Position numbers and translations under genes: made by a program
NCBI GenBank assembly: GCA_963784365.1
Contig: CAWAQS010000006.1
Coordinates: 1,296,930-1,360,929 of the forward strand
DNA from: an uncultured Thermoleophilia bacterium
GTDB lineage: Bacteria > Actinomycetota > Thermoleophilia > Miltoncostaeales > Miltoncostaeaceae
Reading direction: 5' to 3'
Length of the DNA: 64,000 bases
Shown here: piece after piece, positions 46,036 through 57,464 of the stretch
How positions within the stretch are numbered: the first letter of the stretch is position 1
Layout of the letters: each line of letters begins with the position of its first letter
The notes under the pieces: model-generated
The model's input: only the letters and a program-made list of their open reading frames with translations
What the model was told of the DNA's origin: nothing
Databases searched by the model: none

Positions 46036-47562
46036 CTATCCCACGAGGCGGTCGGCCCCCAGGCCGAGCCGGGCCGCCGTCCCCTCGCGCCAGCGGATCG
46101 TCCGCGCGCCGCCCGCGCGCTTGGCCGCGTACATCGCGGCGTCGGCGCGCTGGAGCAGCTCGGGCGCGTCGAGCGTGGCGCCCGCCTGGGCCGCGGCGCC
46201 GAAGGAGCCGCCGACCGGGATCCGCGGGCAGACGCCGTCGCGGGCGATCACGACGGCCTCCTCGAGCCGCTCCGTGAGCTGGACGGCGCCCTCCTCGTCC
46301 GTGCCCGGCAGGAGGACCACGAACTCGTCGCCTCCCATGCGGCAGAGGACGTCGCCGCCGCGCAGCCGGGTCCGCATCTCGGACACCAGGCGCCGCAGGT
46401 AGGCGTCGCCCACCCCGTGTCCGAGGGTGTCGTTGACCAGCTTGAAGCCGTCCAGGTCGAGCATCACCACGGCCAGGGAGCTCCCGTCGCGCCGGGCGCG
46501 CGCGGCGAGCCGCACCAGCTCGTCGGCCAGGAAGCGGCGGTTGTTGGCGCCGGTCAGCGGGTCGGTCACCAGCAGGCGCTGGTTCTCGCGACCGACGGTG
46601 TCGAGGCGGATCACCGACCAGGACAGGCGGGCGATCACGATCGCGATCACGATGTCGGCCAGGGTGTCCGCCACCGGCTCGCGGTGGCCGTCGCTCAGCA
46701 TCGCGAGCAGCGGGATCACGAGGACGAACGGGAGCACCTGCATCCACGCGTGGGGGCGCCGGGGGCGGGTGCCCCCCACGTCGACGGGGCCCGCCGCGCG
46801 GCGCAGGACGGCGGCCACCGTGATGCAGCCGGCGGCCGCGATGTAGAGCGCGGCCGAGGCGCCGATCGCACGGGGCTCCTCGAGGAGCGCGCCGCGCAGA
46901 TAGACCGCGTCGGCGACCACCGCGACCAGGAACGAGCCGGCCATCCAGAGCAGCCAGCGCGGGCGGCCGCCGTGGCGCAGCACCAGCCAGGCCATCACCG
47001 AGAGCCCGAAGAGGTCGAGGGTGGGGTAGAGCGTGTTGATCGCGGTCCCCTGGACGCCCCCGGCCCCCGACTGCGCCAGGGGCGTGAGCGCCCACTCCCA
47101 CACGATCAGGGTGAGCGAGCCGGTCAGGATCAGGGCGTCGACCACGCCGATCCAGCCCGGCTCCGGGCGGCGGCGGCGATAGAAGATCGCGACGGCGCCC
47201 AGCGTCGGGACGTAGTACGCGAGCCAGAGGACGTCGAACGCGCTCACCTCGGGGATCGCGACGCCCGCAACCTCCACGGCGGCGAACACCAGGTTGGTGA
47301 GGGCGAAGAGGGCCTGTCCTGCGGCCAGGAGGCCCCACGCCAGGCGCCCGGGGCCCGCGGCGCCCGCGGATGCCCTGAGGCACGCCACCGCGGCGCAGGC
47401 CTGGGCGATCGCCTGGGCGACGTAGCCCAGATCGAGGCCGGACTGGGTGCTCGGAACCGCGATCGCCAGGGCGGCCAGGCCGGCGGCGAGCGCCAGGAGC
47501 ATGGCCGCGGAGACCGTTGCGCCGCGCGCGCGCCGCCGGATCAGGGAGTGTGCGGGATCCAC
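46036..47562 (-). CDS. Diguanylate cyclase (GGDEF) with N-terminal multi-TM sensor domain
   Basis: Intact 508 aa. About 8 TM helices, then 'TDPLTGANNRRFL…LAVVMLDLDGFKLVNDTLGHGVGDAYLRR…RMGGDEFVVLL' (the active-site GGDEF). Confidence 0.85.
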   Translation of the reverse strand: MDPAHSLIRRRARGATVSAAMLLALAAGLAALAIAVPSTQSGLDLGYVAQAIAQACAAVACLRASAGAAGPGRLAWGLLAAGQALFALTNLVFAAVEVAGVAIPEVSAFDVLWLAYYVPTLGAVAIFYRRRRPEPGWIGVVDALILTGSLTLIVWEWALTPLAQSGAGGVQGTAINTLYPTLDLFGLSVMAWLVLRHGGRPRWLLWMAGSFLVAVVADAVYLRGALLEEPRAIGASAALYIAAAGCITVAAVLRRAAGPVDVGGTRPRRPHAWMQVLPFVLVIPLLAMLSDGHREPVADTLADIVIAIVIARLSWSVIRLDTVGRENQRLLVTDPLTGANNRRFLADELVRLAARARRDGSSLAVVMLDLDGFKLVNDTLGHGVGDAYLRRLVSEMRTRLRGGDVLCRMGGDEFVVLLPGTDEEGAVQLTERLEEAVVIARDGVCPRIPVGGSFGAAAQAGATLDAPELLQRADAAMYAAKRAGGARTIRWREGTAARLGLGADRLVG

Positions 47563-47813
47563 CCATCAGGAATCGGCGTCCGGACGCCGAGAACTGAGTG
47601 ATTCGTGCCAGGAGGGGTCACAAATAGAGGTTTTGCCCGTAAATCAGGCGATTTCGGCGACCCAGAGACCGTGGGGGGACCCCCGCCCACCGAACGATTT
47701 TCGTCGCCTCAGCACAGAAAACCGCTCCGGGACGCCTTTCTCGTCCGTCGACGCTGGTAGGTTGCTCGCGCGGGCAAGCCTGCTCCCGCATTCAACGAGC
47801 CAGGGGGTCTGCA

Positions 47814-48107
47814 GTGTCAGTCAACAAGACCGAGTTCGTCAGCCGCGTCGCCACCAAGGCCGAGATCAGTGGTGCCGAGGCCGGTCGGGTTGTCAACGCC
47901 GTGCTCGCGGTCATCGAGGACGCCCTCAAGTCGGGCGAGGATGTCGCATTCGCCGGCTTCGGGAAGTTCTCGATCTCGCACCGCGCCGCCCGCACCGGCG
48001 TCAACCCGCAGGATCCGTCGAAGAAGGTCAACATCCCGGCGCGCACCGTCCCGCGTTTCACGCCGGGTGCGGTCCTCAAGGAGGCCGTCGCCTCGGGGAA
48101 CAAGTAG
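47814..48107 (+). CDS. hup: Nucleoid-associated protein HU
   Basis: 'MSVNKTEFVSRVATKAEISGAEAGRVVNAVLAVIEDALKSGEDVAFAGFGKFSISHRAARTGVNPQ'. Confidence 0.9.
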   Translation: MSVNKTEFVSRVATKAEISGAEAGRVVNAVLAVIEDALKSGEDVAFAGFGKFSISHRAARTGVNPQDPSKKVNIPARTVPRFTPGAVLKEAVASGNK

Positions 48108-48185
48108 CCCTTCCGCTGCAGGCTCTCGGAGCGCGCGGCCCGTCCCTCCCGGGCGGGTCGCGCGCGTCGTGATCCTCTCGCCTCG

Positions 48186-49449
48186 ATGAGCGTGTCGGGG
48201 CACGGGAGGGGCGACGGGGCGGCGCGCGACGTCGTCTCGGCACGCGGGGCGGCCGCCGCCGCGGCCCACCCGAGCATCGCGCGGGCCGGCGCCGACAGGA
48301 TCGCCGCGGCGCTGGGCGCGATGGCCGCGCTCCTCGTCGAGCGGGCCGAGCCCGTCCTCGCGGCGAACGCGGCGGACGTCGCGGCCGCCGAGGGCGTCCT
48401 CGGACCGGCGCTGATCGACCGCCTCCGGCTCGACCGGGCCCGGCTCGAGCGGATGAGCGAGCAGATCCGGGCGCTGGCGGCGCTGCCCGACGTCGAGCCG
48501 CTGGTCGGCTCGCGGGCGCTGCCCGGCGGGCTCGTGATGCAGGAGCGCCGCCGCCCGGTCGGGGTGGTCGGCGCCAACTACGAGGCGCGCCCCAACGTGA
48601 CCATCGACGTGGCGTCCCAGCTGGTCAAGTCGCGCAACGCCGGCGTGCTGCGCACGGGCGCCGCGGCGCTCGGTTCGGCGGGCGCCCTCCACGCGAGGTC
48701 ATCCGTCCGGCGCTGGCCGACGCGGGCATCGACGCCGACGCGATCGCGCTGGTGGCGTCGGCCGACCGCGAGGCGGCGCGCGCGCTCGTCTCCCTGCCCC
48801 GCCTCATCCCGCTGGTGATCCTCCGCGGAAGCGGCGACACGACGCGGAGCCTCGCGCGGCGGGCGGCCGAGCACGGCGTCCGCACCCTCGCCCACGCCGA
48901 CGGGGGCGGAGTGCTCTACATCGACGGCGCCGCCGACCCCGCGCGGGCGCTCGCGCTGGTCGAGAGGGGCCTGGACCGCCTCGGCGTGTGCAACCGGCTC
49001 AACCTGCTGCTGGTCGACGAGCCGCTCTGGGAGGCGACGCTCGCCCGACCTGGTCGGCGCGCTCGAGCGGCTCGGCATCCGGCCCTCCCTGCCGCCCCAT
49101 CCGCACCCCCTCGGTCACGAGTGGGCGCTCGACGACGGCAACGAGGCCACGGTCACGCTGGCGCCGGTCGCGGGCCCGCGGGAGGCCGCCCGCGTCGCCA
49201 ACGCCGAGACCTCGGGGCTGGCGGCCACGGTCGTCACGGAGGATCCCGGCCGCCGCCGAGGCGTTCCTCGCCGACTACGCGGGCACCGGGGCCTTCTGGA
49301 ACGCCACCACGCGGCTGCTGGACGGATTCGAGCTGCTCGGCGCCCCGGAGACGGGGATCAACGTCGACCACGTCCCCGGTCCGCGCGGCCCGGTGACCTT
49401 CCGCGACCTCCACCTGCGCCAGTACGTCGTGGGCCCCGGGGCCATGTGA
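48186..49449 (+). CDS. proA: Glutamate-5-semialdehyde dehydrogenase (gamma-glutamyl phosphate reductase), frameshifted
   Basis: 'GVVGANYEARPNVTIDVASQLVKSRNA', 'LIPLVILRGSGD', 'GVCNRLNLLLVDE', 'TGAFWNATTRLLDGFELLGAPETGI'. Three frames. Confidence 0.75.
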
Positions 49450-49608
49450 GCCGCCCACGGACGCGGGGCGCTGCTATTGTTCCCCGACTCGCCCGGACGG
49501 CGACGACACTCAATGACAGACGCCCACCAGACCACAGAGCCCCGACGCCCCTTGATGGGCGAGCTCCCGCACGGCGGGGGACCCGTCTGAGGCCCGTAAT
49601 GGTGCTGT

Positions 49609-50325
49609 TTGCCTCCTAGGCGCGGACCAGATACCCGTCCGCCGGCCGGCCCCTCGACTCGGATCAACGAGGCGATCCGCGCCGAGTCCGTGCGTCTCAT
49701 CGACGCCGAGGGCGAGAACAGGGGCGTCGTCCCCCTCGCGGAGGCGCAGGAGATCGCCAACAACGCTGCGCTCGACCTCGTCGAGGTGGCCGCCGACGCG
49801 CGCCCGCCCGTCTGCCGGATCATGGATTACGGCAAGTGGCGCTACGAGCAGGAGCAGAAGGCCAAGCAGGCCCGGCGCCACCAGAGCACGATCACCATCA
49901 AGGAGATCAAGTTCCGGCCGAAGATCGACCCGCACGACTACGCGACCAAGAAGGGTCACGTCGAGCGGTTCCTGCGCCACCGGGACAAGGTCAAGATCAC
50001 GATCATGTTCCGCGGCCGCGAGCTGCTGCACCCCGAGCGCGGCGAGCAGATCCTGCTCCGGCTCGCCGACGAGCTGAAGGACCTGGCCATCATCGAGAGC
50101 CGCCCGAACCTGGACGGCCGCAACATGGTGATGATGATCGCGCCGCTCAAGAACCCGGTCGCCGAGGCCTCCGCGAGCCCCGAGGCCGACGCGCCGCAGG
50201 CCCCCGAGGCCACCGCCCCGGCGGCCGAGCCCGAGGCCGCCGCGCCGGCGCCCGCCGAGGCCGCGGCCCCGGAGTCCGCCGAGGCCCCCGCACCCGAACC
50301 CGCCGAGGCCGAGACCGCCTCCTAG
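49609..50325 (+). CDS. infC: Translation initiation factor IF-3 with Ala/Pro/Glu-rich C-terminal tail; probable non-AUG start
   Basis: 'RINEAIRAESVRLIDAEGENRGVVPLAEAQEIANNAALDLVEV…CRIMDYGKWRYEQ…ITIKEIKFRPKIDPHDY'. Only a TTG (49609) and an in-frame ATC precede the conserved start region. Confidence 0.85.
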   Translation: MPPRRGPDTRPPAGPSTRINEAIRAESVRLIDAEGENRGVVPLAEAQEIANNAALDLVEVAADARPPVCRIMDYGKWRYEQEQKAKQARRHQSTITIKEIKFRPKIDPHDYATKKGHVERFLRHRDKVKITIMFRGRELLHPERGEQILLRLADELKDLAIIESRPNLDGRNMVMMIAPLKNPVAEASASPEADAPQAPEATAPAAEPEAAAPAPAEAAAPESAEAPAPEPAEAETAS

Positions 50326-50387
50326 TCGCGCCGCTGGTGCGAGTCGTCTAATGTGTCGGCCGGTCCGCCGCTCCCGAGGAACACGCC

Positions 50388-50587
50388 ATGCCCAAGATGA
50401 AGTCCAGAAGGTCCGCCACGAAGCGCTTCCGGGTCACCGGAACGGGCAAGGTGCTCTTCCAGCGCGCGGGGATGCGACACAACCAGGAGAAGATGACCGG
50501 CAAGGAGCAGAGGCACCTCTCCAAGGAGGTCAGCCCTCGCCCCCGAGATGGTGCCGGGCGTCAAGCGCATGCTGGGGAAGAGGTAGC
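50388..50587 (+). CDS. rpmI: 50S ribosomal protein L35, 1-nt indel near 50540
   Basis: '[35 protein letters not shown]'. The C-terminus '[16 protein letters not shown]' is recovered in the +1 frame. Confidence 0.8.
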
Positions 50588-50589
50588 CG

Positions 50590-50964
50590 ATGGCACGGGT
50601 CAAGCGCTCCGTCGGAGCACGCAAGAAGCGCCGCAAGGTCCTCGGCCAGGCGAGCGGGTACTGGGGGACCAAGCACTCCTCGTACAAGCGCGCGAAGGAG
50701 CAGGTGCAGCGCTCCCTGCGCTACGCCTACCGCGACCGCCGGGTGCGCAAGCGCGACTTCCGCCGCCTCTGGATCGCCCGCATCAACGCCGCCGCGCGCG
50801 AGAACGGCCTCACCTACGGCGAGCTGATCCACGGCCTCAAGCTGGCCGAGGTCGAGCTCGACCGCAAGATCCTGGCCGAGCTCGCCACGCACGAGCCCGC
50901 GGCCTTCTCGGCGCTCTGCGTCCGCGCCCGCGCCGCCAGAGAGAGCGTCCCGGTCGGCTCCTAG
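50590..50964 (+). CDS. rplT: 50S ribosomal protein L20
   Basis: '[51 protein letters not shown]'. Confidence 0.9.
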   Translation: MARVKRSVGARKKRRKVLGQASGYWGTKHSSYKRAKEQVQRSLRYAYRDRRVRKRDFRRLWIARINAAARENGLTYGELIHGLKLAEVELDRKILAELATHEPAAFSALCVRARAARESVPVGS

Positions 50965-51798
50965 GTCGCTTCGCCTGGCGAGCTCGCCGCGCAATCCCGC
51001 GCTGCAGCTCGCCCGGGCGCTCCAGACGAAGAAGGTCCGGCGGGAGCGGCGGCTGCTGGTCGCCGAGGGCGAGGACCTCGTGGACGGCGCGCTCGCGCGC
51101 GGCATCCGGCCCGTCGCGATGCTGTTCGACGCCGACCAGCTGGCCGACGACGACCCGCGCCTGGCGGCCACCGAGGGCCTGGCCGAGCGCTACCTGGTGC
51201 CGCCCAAGCTGATGGCGCAGGCCAGCGGCCTCGCCGCCGCGCCGCGCGTGATCGCGATCCTGCCCCAGCCGCCCGTGCGCAGCTTCCGCGACGTGCGCTT
51301 CCCGCCCTCGCTCGGCCTCTACCTGGCCGGCGTCGCGGATCCGGGCAACGTCGGCACCCTGCGTGCGGACGGCCGCGGCGCTCGGCGCCGACTGGCTCGC
51401 GCTGGGCCCCGGCTCGGCCGACGCCTTCCACCCGCGGGCCGTGCGCGCCGCGATGGGCTCGACCTTCGCCGTGCCGGTGCTCGAGGGCGTGGCGGCCGCC
51501 GACCTCGCCACGCGTGAGGGCTTCGCCGTCGTGGCGGCCGTGCCCGCGGGGCGGCGTCGCCCCCTGGGACGCCGACCTCACGCGGCCCATCGTCCTCGCC
51601 CTGGGCGCCGAGCGGGCCGGCCTGGCCCCGGCCCTGGAGGGGCTCTCGGACGGCCGCCAGGTGGTGCGCGTGACGATCCCGCAGGCCGAGGGGGCCGAGT
51701 CGCTCAACGTCGCGGCGGCCGGCGCCGCCCTGATGGTCGAGGCGGTGCGCCAGCGCGCGAGCGCTCCGGAGCCCTCGCGGCGTCGGCGTGTCGGGTAG
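50964..51798 (+). CDS. TrmH/SpoU-family RNA 2'-O-methyltransferase, frameshifted
   Basis: 'SPRNPALQLARALQTKKVRRERRLLVAEGEDLV' and 'LGLYLAGVADPGNVGTLRTAAALGADWLALG…IVLALGAERAGL…VRVTIPQAEGAESLNVAAAGAALM'. Confidence 0.7.
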
Positions 51799-51810
51799 CC
51801 TCACGGGTCG

Positions 51811-52822
51811 ATGAGCGACCCGAGCCTCGAACAGATCCAGGAGCAGGCCCTCGCCGCCGCGGCCGCGGCCGGCGACGCTCGCCGAGCTCGAGGCCGCCCG
51901 CGTCGCCCACACCGGCCGCCGGAGCCCGCTCGCCGAGATCCTGGCGGGGATCGGCAGCCTGCCGCCCGAGCGGCGCGGGGAGGTGGGCAAGTCCGCCAAC
52001 CTCGCGCGGCGCGCCGTCGAGGCGGCGCTGGCCGCGCGCACCGCGGAGCTCGAGGCCGAGGAGATGGGCGCGGCCCTCGAGCGGGACACGGCCGACGTCA
52101 CCCTCCCCGGCGATCCGCACCCGCTGGGGGCGCTGCACCCGATCACCCAGATCCGCCGCGAGATGGAGGACATCCTCCTGGGCCTGGGCTACGGCATCGC
52201 CGACGGGCCCGAGGTCGAGACCGAGTGGCACAACTTCACGGCGCTCAACACGCCCCCGGGGCACCCGGCCCGCTCGCCCAGCGACACGTTCTTCGTCGCG
52301 GGCCACCCGGACCGGATGCTGCGCACGCAGACCTCGCCGGTGCAGGTGCGCGCGATGGAGGACGCCCAGCCGCCGATCTACCTGATCGCGCCGGGCGCGG
52401 TCTACCGCCGCGACGACGTCGACGCCACGCACAGCCCGATGTTCCACCAGATGGAGGGCCTCGCGGTGGACGAGGGCCTCACGATGGCCCACCTCAAGGG
52501 CACGATGCTGCACTTCTTCCGCGAGCTGCTGGGCGCCGACCGGGAGATCCTCCTGCAGCCGCACTTCTTCCCGTTCACCGAGCCCTCGGTGGACGTGCAG
52601 GTGTCGTACATCGACAAGGCCGGCCGCTCCAGCTGGCTCGAGCTCGCCGGCGCCGGGATGGTCGACCCGAACGTGCTCGAGTACAGCGGCATCGACTCGG
52701 AGCGCTACACGGGCTTCGCCTTCGGCTGCGGCCTCGACCGGATCGCGATGATCCGCTTCGGCGTGCCCGACCTGCGGCTCTTCTTCGAGGGCGACCTGCG
52801 CTTCCTGGAGCAGTTCGCGTGA
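51811..52822 (+). CDS. pheS: Phenylalanine--tRNA ligase alpha subunit, frameshift near 51880
   Basis: 'HPITQIRREMEDILLGLGY', 'FTALNTPPGHPAR', 'LRTQTSPVQVR', 'GFAFGCGLDRIAMIRFGVPDLRLFFEGDLRFLEQF'. Confidence 0.85.
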
Positions 52823-55250
52823 GGGCGCCCCTGTCGTGGCTCGCCGACCACGTCGACCCCGGGCTGCCGGCCGATGAGCTCGCGCGGCGCGCTGTCGGGC
52901 AGCGGGACGCTGGTCGAGGCCGTCCACCACCTCGGCGTGCCGGACGCCAACGGCAACCTGCGGCACGTTCCGGGTGGGGCGGGTGCTGTCGGCCGAGCAG
53001 CACCCCAACGCCGACCGCCTGCGCGTGTGCGCGGTGGACCTGGGCGAGGCGGAGCCGGCCGGCATCGTCTGCGGGGCGCCGAACGTGGCCGCGGGCCAGA
53101 CCGTGGCGGTCGCGCTGCCGGGCGCCCTGCTTCCGGGCGCCGACCGGCCGCTCGACGGTGGCGAAGCTGCGCGGGGTCGAGAGCCGGGGGATGATCCTGT
53201 CGGCGACCGAGCTGGCCCTGGGCGACGACGCGGCGGGGATCATGGTGCTCCCGGACGGGATCGCCCCCGGGACGCCCCTCGCCGAGGTGCTGCCCCTGAG
53301 CGAGACCGTCCTCGAGCTGGAGATCACCTCCAACCGCCCCGACTGCCTGGCCGTGTGGGGCGTCGCGCGCGAGGTCCACGCCGTCACCGGGGCGCCGCTG
53401 ACGCCGCTCGACGAGTCCGAACCTCCGGTCGAGGGTGAGGGTTCGGTGGAGGACCACGCCTCGCTCGCAGATCGACGCCCCGGACCTCTGCCCGCGCTAC
53501 ATGGCCCGGGTCCTCACCGACGTCACCGTCGGCCCGTCCCCCGCCTGGCTGGCGCACCGCATCGAGGCCGCCGGGATGCGCGCGATCTCCAACGTCGTGG
53601 ACATCACCAACTACGTGATGCTCCTCACCGGGCAGCCGCTCCACGCCTTCGACCTCGACCGGCTCGCCGGCGGGCGGATCGTCGTGCGGCGGGCGGGCGA
53701 CGGCGAGTCGATCACCACGCTCGACGGGCAGGAGCGCACGCTCGACGGCTCGATGCTGGCGATCTGCGACGCGGAGCGCCCCGCGGTCATCGCCGGGATC
53801 TTCGGGGCCGAGTTCGCCGAGGTCTCGGCGGGCACGACCCGGGTCCTGCTCGAGGCGGCCACCTTCGACGGCCCCACCATCCTCAACACCTCCCTCGCCC
53901 TGGGCCTGCGCAGCGAGTCGAGCGGCCGCTTCGAGAAGGGCCTGCCGACCCGCCTGCCGCCCCGGGCCATGGCGATCGCCAGCCGGCTGCTGGTGGAGCT
54001 CTGCGGGGCGCGGCTCGTCCCCGGGACGCTCGACGTCCACGCGCCGCTGCCCGAGCCCGCGACGCTCTCGGTGCGGAGCGAGCGGATCGCCGCGCACGCT
54101 CGGCGTGGAGGTGCCGGCCGAGGAGTCGGCCGCGATCCTCGCCCGCCTGGGCTGCGAGGTGGAGGTGCTCGTGGACGGGGTCACGGCCGTGATCCCCTTC
54201 GAGCGGGCCTCCGACCTCACCCGCGAGATCGACCTCGTCGAGGAGGTCGGTCGGATCCGCGGCCTGAACGACATCCCGGCCGTGCTCCCGCGGATCGCCG
54301 GCAACGGCCGCCTCACGCCCTCGCAGGCGCGCGAGCGCCGCCTCGCGCGGCTCGCGGCCGACCTCGGGCTCTCGGAGGCCATCACCTACCGCCAGGTGCC
54401 CGAGTCGGACCTCGACGCGCTGCGGATCGCCGGCGACGATCCCGCGGCGCGCGCTGGTGCGCATGGCCCACCCGATGAGCGCCGAGATGGCCGTGATGCG
54501 CCGCTCGATGCTGCCGGGCCTGCTGCGGGCCGTCGCCCGCAACCAGCACCACCAGCGCACCGACGGCGGCCTGTTCGAGATCGGGCGCACCTACGCGCCC
54601 CGGCCCGACGGCCAGGCCGACGAGCGCCGCTTCCTGGCGGCGCGTGCGCTTCGGCCGCGACGGCGCCGACGGCGGCTGGCGCGACGCGCCCCGCCCCGTG
54701 GACGTCTACACCGCGACCGGCCTGGCGGCGACCCTGGCGCGCTCGGCGGGCGTGCGGGTGGAGCCGCGGCCCAACGCGGCCCCCTACTTCCACCCGGTCC
54801 GCCAGGCCCGCATGCTCGCCGGCGAGGACGTCATCGGCTGGGCCGCGGAGATGCACCCGCTCGTGCTGCGGAACTTCGAGGTGGCCGGCCCGGTGGCCGC
54901 GGTCGTCCTCGACCTCGACGCCCTCGATCGCGCCGTTCCGCCGCCCCGCGAGTACGAGGACCTCCTCACCGTGCCGGTCTCGCACCGGGACCTCGCGCTG
55001 GTGGTCACCGACGGCGTCGCGGCCGCCGACCTGGTGAGCGCGGCGCGCGCGGCCGGAGGCGCACCTGCTGCGCGAGGTCCACGTCTTCGACCGCTACGCG
55101 GGCGAGCAGGTGGGGGCGGGCCACGTGAGCCTCGCCCTGCGGCTGACGCTGGCCGACCCCGGCCGCACGCTGACCGACGACGAGATCGAGGCCGCGGTCG
55201 CCCGGGTGCGCGAGGCGCTCGCCGAGCGCGGAGCCCACCTGCGGGGATGA
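52819..55250 (+). CDS. pheT: Phenylalanine--tRNA ligase beta subunit, numerous frameshifts
   Basis: '[16 protein letters not shown]', '[23 protein letters not shown]', '[18 protein letters not shown]', B3/4 and FDX-ACB pieces across at least six frame segments. Ends '[14 protein letters not shown]'. Confidence 0.8.
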
Positions 55251-55262
55251 GAGACTGAGGGG

Positions 55263-56246
55263 ATGAGCCAGACCGTCCACGTCTTCGGCGCCGCCGGGTT
55301 CGCCGGCGCGCAGCTCGCCGCCCTGCTCGACCGGCACCCGCGCTTCTCGCTCGGCACCATCACGGCCCGCGGCGACGCGGGCAAGCGGCTGGTGGACGTG
55401 GCGCCCGAGTACCGCGTCGAGCAGCGGCTCGAGGCGCCCGACATCCAGGCCGTCGCCGCGGGCGACCTCGTCGCCGTCTGCTACCCGCACGCCCAGGCGG
55501 CGCTGATCGTGGCCGAGCTGATCGACCGGGGCGCCCGCGTGGTCGACGTGTCGGCGGACCACCGGCTGCACGACGCCGCCCTCTACCCGGCGGTCTACGG
55601 CTACATGCACCCCCGGCCGGACCTGCTGGCCGAGGCGGTCTACGGCCTGCCCGAGAGCCGCCGCGACATGATCCGCACCGCCCGCCTGGTGGCCAACCCC
55701 GGCTGCTTCCCCGAGGCGAGCATCCTCGGCCTGCTGCCCCTGGCCGGGTCGATCGCCGACGTGGTCATCGACGCCAAGAGCGGCGTCAGCGGGGCGGGGC
55801 GGACGCCGACGACGGCGGTGCACTTCTCGACGGTCACCGACAGCGTCAACCCGTACAAGGTGTACACCCACCGCCACTGGCCCGAGATCGAGCAGGAGCT
55901 GGCGGTGGAGGTGACCTTCACGCCGCACCTGGTGCCGGTCGATCGCGGCCTGATGGCCACGTGCTACGCCCGCCTCACGGAGGGCGCGCCGCACGCCGAC
56001 GACCTGCGCGCCACCTACCACGCCTTCTACGCCGACCACCCCTTCGTGGAGGTCGTCGAGAGCCCGCCCGGCATGCGCGCCGTGCAGCGGACCAACTTCG
56101 CCCAGGTCTGCCCGATGGCCGATCCGCGCGGCGGCCGCGTGACGGTGTTCAGCGTGATCGACAACCTGGGCAAGGGGGCGGCGGGCCAGGCCCTCCAGAA
56201 CCTCAACCTGATGGCCGGACTGCCCGAGACCGACGGGCTCCTGTGA
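55263..56246 (+). CDS. argC: N-acetyl-gamma-glutamyl-phosphate reductase
   Basis: Intact 327 aa: 'VHVFGAAGFAGAQLAALL', 'VANPGCFPEASILGLLPL', 'IDAKSGVSGAGR'. Confidence 0.9.
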   Translation: MSQTVHVFGAAGFAGAQLAALLDRHPRFSLGTITARGDAGKRLVDVAPEYRVEQRLEAPDIQAVAAGDLVAVCYPHAQAALIVAELIDRGARVVDVSADHRLHDAALYPAVYGYMHPRPDLLAEAVYGLPESRRDMIRTARLVANPGCFPEASILGLLPLAGSIADVVIDAKSGVSGAGRTPTTAVHFSTVTDSVNPYKVYTHRHWPEIEQELAVEVTFTPHLVPVDRGLMATCYARLTEGAPHADDLRATYHAFYADHPFVEVVESPPGMRAVQRTNFAQVCPMADPRGGRVTVFSVIDNLGKGAAGQALQNLNLMAGLPETDGLL

Positions 56247-57464
56247 GCCTGGCGCCGGTCCTGCGCGGCGACTGGCTGCGGGTGCCGGAGGGGCTCGAGC
56301 CGATCGCGGGGGGCGCCGTCACCTCGCCCCCCGGCTTCCGGGCGGCGGGCGTCTCGTGCGGGCTGAAGGCCTCGGGGGCGCTCGACCTGGGGATCCTCGT
56401 GGCCCCGGGCCCGGTGTCCTCCGCCCTGGTGGACACCGCGAGCGCCCTGCCGTCGGCCCCGGTGATCCGCAACCGCGGGCTGGACCGCTCGGCGCTGCGC
56501 GCGGTGGTGGTCAACGCGGGCGCGGCCAACGCGGCCACCGGCTCGCCGGGGCTCGAGGACGCCCACCAGATGGCCGCGCGCGCCGCGGAGCGCCTGGGGA
56601 TCGACGCGGCCGCCGTCGCGGTGTGCAGCACCGGCACGATCGGCGACCGGATCGACCTCGGCCTCACCGACCGGGGCATCGACGCGGCGGCCGCGGCCCT
56701 CTCGGAGACGGGCGGCGCCGACTTCGGCCGGGCCATCTGCACCACCGGATCGCGCGCCCAAGGGCGGCGCGTTCCGGCTGCGCCTCGGCGCGGGCGAGGT
56801 GACGATCGGCGCGGCGGCCAAGGGCGCGGGGATGATCCGCCCGGACATGGCCACGATGCTCGCCTACGTCACCACCGACGCCGTCGTCGCCCCCGAGGAT
56901 CTGCAGGCCATCACGGCGGCTGCGGCCGCCGACTCGTTCAACCGCATCAGCGTGGACGCCCAGATGAGCCCCTCGGACACGCTCCTGGTGATGGCCGGGG
57001 CGGGCGGGGCGCCGCTCCACGGCGCCGACCGCGACCGCTTCGCCGCGGCGCTCACCGCGGTCTGCCGCTGGCTGGCGATCCAGATGGTCAAGGACGGCGA
57101 GGGGTCCGAGCACGCGGTGCGGGTGGTCGTGAGCGGCGCCCGCGACGACGCCGAGGCCGAGGCGGTGGCGCGGGCGGTGGGCGAGTCGTCGCTCGTGAAG
57201 ACCGCCGTCAACGGACGCGACCCCAACTGGGGGCGCGTCTCCCAGGCGGTCGGCCAGGCCCTGGCCGGCGCGGTCGACCCGGTGATGGAGCCGGTCGTCT
57301 CGGTGGACGGCGTCCCCTACGCGGCGGCCGAGGCGGCCGAGGTGCTGGCGCGCGAGGAGTACGACCTCGAGGTCGCCCTCGGCCGGGGCGACTCCGGCGC
57401 GGAGCTGTGGGTCTCGGACCTCGGCCACGCGTACGTGACCATCAACGCGGAGTACCACACCTAG
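56243..57464 (+). CDS. argJ: Bifunctional glutamate N-acetyltransferase/amino-acid acetyltransferase, frameshift near 56750
   Basis: 'GFRAAGVSCGLKASGALDLGILV', 'GAAAKGAGMIRPDMATMLAYVTTDA' (autoproteolytic ATML site), 'GRDPNWGRV'. Confidence 0.85.
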
